Program-made: the position numbers and the translations under genes | Origin: Myxococcales bacterium | GTDB lineage: Bacteria > Myxococcota_A > Polyangia > Palsa-1104 > SHYY01 | NCBI GenBank assembly: GCA_009692555.1 | Contig: SHYY01000001.1 | Coordinates: 27,393-91,392, forward strand | Direction of reading: 5' to 3' | Length of the DNA stretch: 64,000 bases | Notes under the pieces: model-generated | Told to the model about the DNA's origin: nothing | Databases searched by the model: none | The model's input: the letters and a program-made list of their open reading frames with translations, nothing else | Shown: in pieces, positions 8,492-16,594 of the stretch | Position numbering within the stretch: the stretch's first letter is position 1 | Layout of the letters: every line of letters begins with the position of its first letter

Positions 8492-9825
8492 GCGATCTGC
8501 TGTGGGACAAGGGCGGTTCCGGCGCTGCCACCGTCGACGAACGGATCCAGCGCTTCCTGGCGGGCGACGATGTCCTCCTCGACCGTGCGCTCTTCCTGCA
8601 CGACCTCCGCGCGTCGCGGGCGCACGTCGCCGGGCTCGCCCGGATCGGCCTCCTCGACGAGCAGGAGCGAGCCGCGCTCTCTGCCAGCCTCGCCGCGCTG
8701 GCCGACGAATACCGCGCCGGCACCTTCGTGCTCGACGCGCGCTACGAGGACGGCCACTCCGCGATCGAGGTCTACCTCACCGCGAAGCTCGGCGAGGTCG
8801 GCAAGAAGGTCCACACCGGGCGCAGCCGCAACGATCAGGTCCTGGTGGCGCAGCGCCTCTTCCTGCGCGACGCGCTCGACGGGATCGCAGCCCATTGCCG
8901 CGACGCAGCAAACGCGCTGCTCGATCGCGCCGAGGCCGACGCGCTCACCCCGATGCCCGGCTACACCCACCTCCAGCGCGCCGTCCCCTCGTCGGTGGGG
9001 CTGTGGCTCGCCGGCTTCTGCGAGGCGTTCCTCGACGACGCCGATCTCGCACGCTCCACCCGCTCCTGGATCGACCGCTCCCCGCTCGGCACCGCCGCCG
9101 GCTACGGGGTGAACCTGCCGCTCGATCGCGCCGGCGTGGCGCGCGACCTCGGCTTTGCTGCAGTGCAGCTGAACCCGCTCTACGCCCAGAACAGCCGCGG
9201 CAAGTTCGAGCTGCAGGCGCTGATGGCGCTCGCCCAGGCCCTCCTCGATGTGCGCCGCCTCGCCTGGGATCTCAGCCTCTACACCAGCGCCGAGTTCGCC
9301 TTCGTGCGCCTGCCCGATCGCTACACCACCGGCTCGTCGATCATGCCGCAGAAGCGCAACCCCGACGTGGTCGAGCTGCTGCGCGCCTCCTACGCCGTCG
9401 TCGAGGGGGCGATGGCCGAAGTGCAGTCGGTGCTCGGCCTCCCGAGCGGCTACCACCGCGATCTCCAGGCCACCAAGGCGCCGGTGCTGCGCGCGGTGGA
9501 GCGTGGCCTGTGCGCCCTCGTGCTGCTGCCCGATCTGGTGCGCAGCCTCGAATTCGATCGTCCCCGCATGCGCGCGGCGATCACCCCCGACCTGTTCGCC
9601 ACCGATCGCGCCGTCGACCTCGCTCGCGCCGGAGTGCCGTTCCGCGACGCCTACCGCCAGGTGGCGCACGAGCTCGCCAGCCTCACGATGGCGTCGCCCG
9701 AGGAGAGCCTGCGCGCCCGCGTCTCCCCCGGCGCCCCCGGCGACCTCCGCCTCGACGAGCTGCGCGCCCGCCTCACCGCGCTCGACGCGGCTCTGACCAC
9801 GGATTCCGCCGGTCAACGAACCTGA
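8488..9825 (+). CDS. argH: Argininosuccinate lyase
   Basis: Fumarate-lyase signature GSSIMPQKRNPD. TGRSRNDQV motif. Length 445 aa. Confidence 0.92.
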   Translation: MSDLLWDKGGSGAATVDERIQRFLAGDDVLLDRALFLHDLRASRAHVAGLARIGLLDEQERAALSASLAALADEYRAGTFVLDARYEDGHSAIEVYLTAKLGEVGKKVHTGRSRNDQVLVAQRLFLRDALDGIAAHCRDAANALLDRAEADALTPMPGYTHLQRAVPSSVGLWLAGFCEAFLDDADLARSTRSWIDRSPLGTAAGYGVNLPLDRAGVARDLGFAAVQLNPLYAQNSRGKFELQALMALAQALLDVRRLAWDLSLYTSAEFAFVRLPDRYTTGSSIMPQKRNPDVVELLRASYAVVEGAMAEVQSVLGLPSGYHRDLQATKAPVLRAVERGLCALVLLPDLVRSLEFDRPRMRAAITPDLFATDRAVDLARAGVPFRDAYRQVAHELASLTMASPEESLRARVSPGAPGDLRLDELRARLTALDAALTTDSAGQRT

Positions 9826-9847
9826 AGCGGCGGAGGTCTCGGTTCCG

Positions 9848-10126
9848 TTGCCGTTTCCCGTCCCGACGAGGAGCAGCAGCAAGGGGCGACTCCAGCTCCA
9901 GGTGCCGCTCGCCCGCTGGCTGACCGAGGCGAGCCTGCCCGATGTCGTCCAGATCATCCCGCTGACCGCCAGCGTGGTCCTGAAGCTCGACGCACTCCCC
10001 GCACGATTTCACGGCGATCCCGCCGATCGGATCACCGTCGCTTCCGCGCGGGCGGCGGGCGCGATGCTTCACACGCACGACCGGGCCATCCGTCGCAGCC
10101 GGGCCGTCACGCTGTGGCGCCCCTGA
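9848..10126 (+). pseudogene. Remnant of a PIN-domain (VapC-like) toxin gene; only the C-terminal half is present
   Basis: LPARFHGDPADRITVASARAAGAMLHTHDRAI matches the C-terminal PIN consensus (H.DPFDRiIvAqA......LvT.D..i). The N-terminal catalytic strand is missing. No cognate antitoxin ORF is seen upstream. Confidence 0.4.
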
Positions 10127-10225
10127 TTCAACCCGTTTCGCCTCCCCCGCCCGGAGTGTCCGACTACAAAGTACTTTGCAACCCGGAGCGCGCCGCCCGC
10201 GACGCTTCCTGTTATCCTTCGCCGC

Positions 10226-12613
10226 ATGAGCGCCCCCGAAGGAGAGCCGAAGCCGGACGACCCGGCCGCCGAGTACAAGCCATTCGTCCCGGCCTCCACC
10301 CTCGGGATGCGCGAGCTCACTCTCCGCGGGGTGGTGATCGGCGCGCTGCTCGGCGTGGTGTTCGCACTCGCCTCGGTCTACCTCGGCCTCAAGGTCGGGC
10401 TCACCGTGTCGGCCTCGATCCCCGTCGCGGTCATGTCGATCACCCTGTTTCGCTGGCTCGGCCGCCTGCCCGGGGTCGGCAAGCTCTTCGGCGGCTCCAC
10501 CATCCTCGAGAATAACATCGTCCAGACCACCGGGTCGGCCGGCGAATCGCTCGCGGCCGGCGTCGCCTTCACCCTCCCGTCGCTGCTGCTGATGGGCTTC
10601 GAGCTCGAGCTGATGCGGATCATGCTGGTCGCGCTGCTCGGCGGCCTGATCGGCGTCCTGATGATGATCCCGCTCCGCCACGGGCTGATCGTCAAGGAGC
10701 ACGGCAAGCTGATCTACCCCGAGGGCACCGCCTGCGCCGACGTGCTGATCGTCGGTGAGCAGGGCGGCACCAACGCCAAGGCGGTCTTCTTCGGCTTCTT
10801 CGTCGGCTTCGGCTACGCCGTGCTGAACCTGATCCTCAAGCTGTGGGGCGACGCGGCCACCTTCGCGATCGGCTTTTGGGGCAAGCTGAAGGGCGCCACG
10901 CTCTCGTTCGAGGTCTCGCCGCCGATGCTGGGCGTCGGCTACATCATCGGCTTTCGCGTCGCAGCGACGATGATGGCCGGCGGCCTGCTCGCCTACGTGA
11001 TCCTCATCCCGCTGGTCCATCAGTTCGGCGACGCGCTGCCGACCCCGCTCTACCCGGCCACCGCGCTCCCGATCGCCAAGATGTCCGCCGGCCAGATCCG
11101 CAACGCCTACATCCTCTACATCGGTGCGGGCGCGGTCGCGATGGGAGGCTTCATCGCGCTCGCCAAGGCCATCCCCACCATCGGCAGCGCCTTTGCCGGC
11201 GGGATGCGCTCGCTCCGCGCGACCCAGGCCGAGAAGGGCGCCAAGAAGCGCACCGAGCGCGACCTCCCGATGAGCGTGGTGCTGGGCGGCTCCCTCGCCC
11301 TCGTCGCCGCGATCTGGCTCGCCCCGATCCTCCAGATCAACGCCGTCTCCGCCCTGCTGATCCTTCTCTTTGGCTTCTTCTTCGTCACCGTCTCGAGCCG
11401 GATCTGCGGCGAGATCGGATCGTCCTCGAACCCGATCTCCGGGATGACCGTCGCCACGCTGCTCCTCACCTGCGGCCTGTTCGTCCTCGTCGGCTGGACC
11501 GGCGTCGGCTACAAGGCGATGGCGCTCACCACCGCCGCGCTGGTGTGCGTTGCAGCATCCAACGGCGGCACGATCTCGCAGGACCTCAAGACCGGCTTCC
11601 TCGTCGGTGCGACGCCGCGCCATCAGCAGGTGGCGATCCTCGTCGGTGTGGTGACCAGCGCGGTGGTGATCGGCTTCACGCTGCTCCTCCTCAACGAGTC
11701 ACACGCCACCTTCAAAGCGCTCGATATTCCCGAATACACCGCGACGCTCGCCGCCGATGCGGCGCACGCGAAGGGCCCCGACGGCAAGCAGTACCGGGTG
11801 CTCTACGTCGCCGAGGAGACACCGTTGGTGACCCGCGGCAAGTACCTGGTCGACGACGCCGGGAAGATCCAGTTTCTCGTCGACCCGGGGGTGTGCGGCA
11901 CCTACCCCTACCGCCTCGAGGCGCGCTCCTACCCCGGGGCGGTGCTGCGGGTGGCCGCCGACGCGCCGACCGAGCGCGGCATCGATCGCAAGGTCTACCG
12001 GGTGGTCGAGCTGAAGGAGGCCAGCGCCAGCGTGCCGCCGGGGCGCTACCTGCTCGACGAGCGCGGGCAGGTCGCCTACGCCTCGACCGCGCTGTGGAAG
12101 TTCGACGCGCCGAAAGCGCAGCTTTTCCGATTGATCATCGACGGCACCCTCGGCGGCAAGCTCCCCTGGGGCCTCGTTCTCGCCGGGATGTTCCTGGCGA
12201 TCATGATGGAGCTGCTCGGCGTCTCGTCGCTGCCGTTCGCGGTCGGGCTCTATCTCCCGATCGCCACCTCGGCCGGGATCTTCGTCGGCGGGATCGTCCG
12301 CCGCCTGGTCGATCGACGGAGGAAGGGGCAGAGCGACGCGGAGGCGGAGTTCTCCCCCGGGATGCTGATGGCGTCGGGGCTGATCGCCGGCGGGGCGATC
12401 GCCGGCGTCCTCCAGTCGGGGATCGTGTTCGCCGAGTTCGACGCCCGGTTCGACCTCGCCGCGAAGCTCGGCGCGCACTCCGGAGAGTCCGGTCTGCTCG
12501 GGGGCCTCGCCGGCCTGATCGCCAACGACACCTGGTGGCCGATGATGCCGTTCCTGGCGATGGCAGCGACGGTGTGGTGGGTCGGGACCCGGGATGCGAA
12601 GAGCCCGCTCTAG
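10226..12613 (+). CDS. OPT-family oligopeptide transporter
   Basis: 795-aa polytopic membrane protein. The N-terminus (KPFVPASTLGMRELTLRGVVIGALLGVVFALASVYLGLKVGLTVSASIP) is typical of bacterial OPT transporters. Confidence 0.85.
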   Translation: MSAPEGEPKPDDPAAEYKPFVPASTLGMRELTLRGVVIGALLGVVFALASVYLGLKVGLTVSASIPVAVMSITLFRWLGRLPGVGKLFGGSTILENNIVQTTGSAGESLAAGVAFTLPSLLLMGFELELMRIMLVALLGGLIGVLMMIPLRHGLIVKEHGKLIYPEGTACADVLIVGEQGGTNAKAVFFGFFVGFGYAVLNLILKLWGDAATFAIGFWGKLKGATLSFEVSPPMLGVGYIIGFRVAATMMAGGLLAYVILIPLVHQFGDALPTPLYPATALPIAKMSAGQIRNAYILYIGAGAVAMGGFIALAKAIPTIGSAFAGGMRSLRATQAEKGAKKRTERDLPMSVVLGGSLALVAAIWLAPILQINAVSALLILLFGFFFVTVSSRICGEIGSSSNPISGMTVATLLLTCGLFVLVGWTGVGYKAMALTTAALVCVAASNGGTISQDLKTGFLVGATPRHQQVAILVGVVTSAVVIGFTLLLLNESHATFKALDIPEYTATLAADAAHAKGPDGKQYRVLYVAEETPLVTRGKYLVDDAGKIQFLVDPGVCGTYPYRLEARSYPGAVLRVAADAPTERGIDRKVYRVVELKEASASVPPGRYLLDERGQVAYASTALWKFDAPKAQLFRLIIDGTLGGKLPWGLVLAGMFLAIMMELLGVSSLPFAVGLYLPIATSAGIFVGGIVRRLVDRRRKGQSDAEAEFSPGMLMASGLIAGGAIAGVLQSGIVFAEFDARFDLAAKLGAHSGESGLLGGLAGLIANDTWWPMMPFLAMAATVWWVGTRDAKSPL

Positions 12614-13694
12614 GCGGTCGATGCGCCGCCTCTGTCCGCTCGCGCTGCTCCTCTCCCTTTCATCGCCCGGCTGCGCCACTTCCCACCTCGCCTCCGCCGT
12701 CAAGCTCGATGCGTGGGGCGATCACCGCACCGCCGCCGAGGAGTACGCCACCTGCATCCGCGACGAGCAGGGGCTGCTCGACTGCTACCTCGGCCTCGGC
12801 GAGCTCCATCGCCCCGACGGTGCGCTCGCCGATTGCAAGAAGTTTTCCGCCCTCGCCGTCGAGGTCAAGGCGCGCCACGGCGGCGACGAGGCCTTCACCG
12901 GACCGCACGCGCGCGAGCGGATCGCGAAGTCCGCGCTCCACTACCGCGACGTCGACTCGATCGCCGACTGGTTCGAGCGCGCCTCCGCCGACTGCAAGCT
13001 GCGCCAGGAGGAGCAGGGAGAGCTCCGCGTCGGCCGCAAGGAGCGCGTGCTCGCCCACCCCTGCGCGCGCCGCCGCAAGGAGCCGATCGAGGGGATGGCT
13101 CCGGCGCAGGCCGCCGAGCTGGCGAGCGACTGCGACGACTTCCGCCGCAGCCACCTCACCGACGCGGGGATCGATCCCGAGACCGACCTGGTGATCGCCG
13201 AGGCGCTGGTCCAGGGCGCCCTCACCTCGCTCGACGAGGCGTTCGTGAAGGCGTGCGGCGAGGGGGTTCTCGCCACCGCATGCCCACCCGCCGCCGAGCT
13301 GCGCGGCCGCATGAGAAAGCGCGTTCGCACCCTGGCCACCGACGGGCCCGCCGCCGAGCGGCTCGACTGGGCGAAGGTCTACCTCAAGCGCTGGCCCGAC
13401 GAGTATGACCTCGAGAAGATCCGCGCCGCACGCGAGCGCGCCACCCTCGATCTCGCCCTCGCGCAGCCGGGCGGAACGCGCACCACGCCGCTCGAAGAGT
13501 TTCTCCGCGCCTACCCGGAGAGCCTGCTCCGCGACGAGGCGCTGAAGGCGCTCTGGATCGAGGCGCGGGTGGTCGACAGCGAGGTGCTCTACCGCGAGCT
13601 GATCGCGGGCTATCCCGAGGCGCCGTTCGTGAAGAAGGCGAAGGCGCGGCTCGCCGACCTGGAGGCGGAGGCGAAGCGGAAGGGCGGCCATTGA
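12594..13694 (+). CDS. Lipoprotein of unknown function
   Basis: MRRLCPLALLLSLSSPGC (lipobox) with a clean coding frame. Alternative start at 12621. Its stop overlaps the GMC gene start (TTGA). Confidence 0.6.
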   Translation: MRRARSRRSMRRLCPLALLLSLSSPGCATSHLASAVKLDAWGDHRTAAEEYATCIRDEQGLLDCYLGLGELHRPDGALADCKKFSALAVEVKARHGGDEAFTGPHARERIAKSALHYRDVDSIADWFERASADCKLRQEEQGELRVGRKERVLAHPCARRRKEPIEGMAPAQAAELASDCDDFRRSHLTDAGIDPETDLVIAEALVQGALTSLDEAFVKACGEGVLATACPPAAELRGRMRKRVRTLATDGPAAERLDWAKVYLKRWPDEYDLEKIRAARERATLDLALAQPGGTRTTPLEEFLRAYPESLLRDEALKALWIEARVVDSEVLYRELIAGYPEAPFVKKAKARLADLEAEAKRKGGH

Positions 13695-15337
13695 CCCGGG
13701 CGGCACCGCGGGCCGATGCCCCCGCCAGCAACGATGAGCGCACCTACGACTACATCGTGGTCGGCGCCGGATCGTCCGGCTGCGTGGTCGCCGGCGAGCT
13801 GTCTGCCGACCCCACCTTGGAGGTGCTGATCCTCGAGTGCGGCGACGCCGCCGAGGCGCACCCCGAGACGCTGGCGGCCGATCAGTACAAGAAGGCCTTC
13901 ATCAACGACGCGTTGATGCACGACCGTTTCTCGACGCCGCAGCGCCCGTGCAGGAACCACCGCCTCTACCTGGGCTCGGGGCGCGGCGTCGGCGGGAGCG
14001 GCTCGGTCAACGCGATGGTCTACACCCGCGGCAGCGCGTTCGATTTCTCCGAGTGGGGCGAGGGCTGGGGCTGGAGCGACGTGGTGCCGGCGTTCGAGCG
14101 GGTCGAGGAGCGGCTGCGGATCGCGCGCCGCCCACCGACGGAATTCACCGAGGTGTGCATCCGCGCCGCCGTGGAGGCCGGCTTCGCGCGCAAGGACGAT
14201 CTCAACGACGGGACGCTCTCCGGCTTCCTCGGCTACGAATGGATGAACATCGACGGCAACGACCGCCGCAGCTCCTACGTCGCCTTCCTCCAGCCGCATC
14301 GCGATCGCCCGAACCTGCTCCTCGAGACCAACGCCGTCGCCATGCGCGTGCTCTTCGACAGCACCCGGCGCGCGGTGGGCGTCGAGTACGAGCGCGAAGG
14401 GAGGATCCTCGTCGCCCGCGCCCGCCGCGAGGTGATCCTCTCCGCCGGTGCGCTCGAGACCCCGAAGCTCCTCCAGCTGTCCGGAATCGGCCCGGCCGCC
14501 GCGCTCGCCGCCCTCGGGATCCCGCTGGTGTACGACCAGCCCGCCGTCGGTGAGGGGCTGATGGATCACCCCAACGTGCAGGTCTTCTTCCGCGGCGCCG
14601 CGCCCACCGATTGCCACTGGGCGCAGCTCTACGGATTCCACCGCGCCAACCCCGACACCTCCCTCTCCCCCGGCGAGGCCGACACCTGCTACGTCTTCTA
14701 CAGCGCGCGCTCCTCCTTCCGCGAGGGCGCGATCCGCCTCCTCCCGGGGATGCTCCTGCCCCAGCCGCTCTACCGCATCGGCTGGCTCCGCTCGTCGCTG
14801 CGCGCCCTCATCCGCGCCGCCTTCGCCCTGCCGTTCGTGCGCCGCCTCGTCGAGCGGATGTACGGCATCGTGGTCATTCTCGGCAAGCCGCAGAGCCGCG
14901 GCACGGTGCGCCTCCGCTCGCGCGACCCGCGCGATCCGGCGCTGATCGACCCGGGCTACTTCAGCGCCCCCGAGGACCTCGAGACGCTGGTGCGGGGTGT
15001 GCGCCTCGCCCGTCGCATCGCCGCGTCTCCGGCGCTTGCCGAGTGGGGCAATCACGAGCTCATCCCCGGCGTGAAGGTGGCATCGCAGGAAAAGATCGAG
15101 GCGTTCGTGCGCAAGAGCGCGATGACCACCTACCACTACGCCGGGACCTGCCGCATGGGCACCGGGCCCGGATCGGTCGTCGACGCCCGGCTCCGGGTGC
15201 GCGGGGTGTCGGGCCTCCGGATCGCCGACGCCTCGGTGATCCCGTCGGTGCCGGTGTCGGCGATGAACGCGCCGAGCATGATGATCGGCTGGCGCGCATC
15301 GCAGTTCCTCCGTAGCGAGAGTGAGCGTGAGCGCTGA
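13691..15337 (+). CDS. GMC-family FAD oxidoreductase (choline dehydrogenase / alcohol oxidase-like)
   Basis: N-terminal FAD fold YDYIVVGAGSSGCVVAGELS. C-terminal GMC signature YHYAGTCRMG...RIADASVIPSVPVSAMNAPSMMIG. Start is TTG. Confidence 0.85.
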   Translation: MTRAAPRADAPASNDERTYDYIVVGAGSSGCVVAGELSADPTLEVLILECGDAAEAHPETLAADQYKKAFINDALMHDRFSTPQRPCRNHRLYLGSGRGVGGSGSVNAMVYTRGSAFDFSEWGEGWGWSDVVPAFERVEERLRIARRPPTEFTEVCIRAAVEAGFARKDDLNDGTLSGFLGYEWMNIDGNDRRSSYVAFLQPHRDRPNLLLETNAVAMRVLFDSTRRAVGVEYEREGRILVARARREVILSAGALETPKLLQLSGIGPAAALAALGIPLVYDQPAVGEGLMDHPNVQVFFRGAAPTDCHWAQLYGFHRANPDTSLSPGEADTCYVFYSARSSFREGAIRLLPGMLLPQPLYRIGWLRSSLRALIRAAFALPFVRRLVERMYGIVVILGKPQSRGTVRLRSRDPRDPALIDPGYFSAPEDLETLVRGVRLARRIAASPALAEWGNHELIPGVKVASQEKIEAFVRKSAMTTYHYAGTCRMGTGPGSVVDARLRVRGVSGLRIADASVIPSVPVSAMNAPSMMIGWRASQFLRSESERER

Positions 15338-15403
15338 CCGGTCCGCCGCCAACCCACCTGTGCTACCGTCGCTGGCCGCCAAACCATCCAGAGGACCGCA
15401 CCG

Positions 15404-16405
15404 ATGACGCTGAATCCGCGCTCTCCCTTCACGCCCTATCCCCGAGGCTGGTACATGGCCTGCCTCGCCAGCGAGCTCCCCGTCGGCGCGGTGCTCCCGC
15501 TCCACTACTTCGGCCGCGAGATCGTCGCCTTCCGCACCGAGGACGGCGCGCCGCACGTGGTCGACGCCCACTGCCCGCACCTCGGCTCTCACCTCGGCCA
15601 CGGAGGGACCGTCGAGGGCAACTGCATCCGCTGCCCGTTCCACGGCTGGCAGTTCGAGGGCGAGACGGGCCGCTGCGTGCGCATCCCCTACGCCGAGAAG
15701 GTGCCGCCGAACGCGCGCGCGCGGGTCTGGCCGGTGCGCGAGATCGACGGGAACGTGCTGGTCTATTTCCACGAGAAGGGCGCGCTGCCCGACTGGGAGG
15801 TCACGCCGATCCCCGTCGAGGAGGGCGACTGGAGCCCGTGGCAGGAGACGCGCTGGAAGATCAAGGCGTGCATCCAGGACGTCAGCGAGAACGACGTCGA
15901 CAACGCGCACCTGCCGAACCTGCACCAGTTCACCGCGCACGCCCCCGAGGGCACGCTCGAGGCCAAGGGCCCGGTCCTGGAGCTGCGGCTGCAGCTCGAG
16001 ACCAATCTCGAATCGCTCGGCATGTCCGGCGTCGCCAAGGGCCCGTTGAACACCACCAAGTGGGGCCTGTCGATCGGCTACATCGCCCACTTCCTCGACC
16101 TCGGCGGCATCCAGATCAGCACCCGCACCCTCGGTCACACCATCCCGATCGACGAGCACTACGTCGACGTACGCCTCTTCCACAGCATCCGCAGGACGCC
16201 CTTCGAGCACGTCAACGAGCAGCTCGAGGCGCAGTACTTCAAGATCTTCAAGGCCACCGTCGAGCAGGACATCGTGATCTGGGAGAACAAGCTCCATCTC
16301 GCGCGGCCGCTCCTGTGCGAGGGCGACGGGCCGATCGCGGCGTTCCGCAAGTGGGCGCGGCAGTTCTACTCGGAGGACGAGGTGGCGCGGGCGATGGCCC
16401 AGTGA
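15404..16405 (+). CDS. Rieske [2Fe-2S] non-heme-iron oxygenase, KshA/Neverland-like
   Basis: Rieske motif CPHLGSHLGHGG...CIRCPFHGWQF (CxH..CxxH). The catalytic domain follows. Length 333 aa. Confidence 0.85.
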   Translation: MTLNPRSPFTPYPRGWYMACLASELPVGAVLPLHYFGREIVAFRTEDGAPHVVDAHCPHLGSHLGHGGTVEGNCIRCPFHGWQFEGETGRCVRIPYAEKVPPNARARVWPVREIDGNVLVYFHEKGALPDWEVTPIPVEEGDWSPWQETRWKIKACIQDVSENDVDNAHLPNLHQFTAHAPEGTLEAKGPVLELRLQLETNLESLGMSGVAKGPLNTTKWGLSIGYIAHFLDLGGIQISTRTLGHTIPIDEHYVDVRLFHSIRRTPFEHVNEQLEAQYFKIFKATVEQDIVIWENKLHLARPLLCEGDGPIAAFRKWARQFYSEDEVARAMAQ

Positions 16406-16594
16406 CGAGCGCGGGCCGGGGACCGAGCCTGTCTCAGGGCGCACTCCCGCCGCTCGTGTCGGCAGAACCGCGATGCGCGTGTCAGCCCCGCCGCACCGTC
16501 GCGGAGTGAGCGCAGAAGTGCTCGAATCGGCGAGAGATTTCGTGCCTTGCGCGGCGGCCGGGCGGTTGCATTTTGCGCCGGGCCAGGAGGCTTC

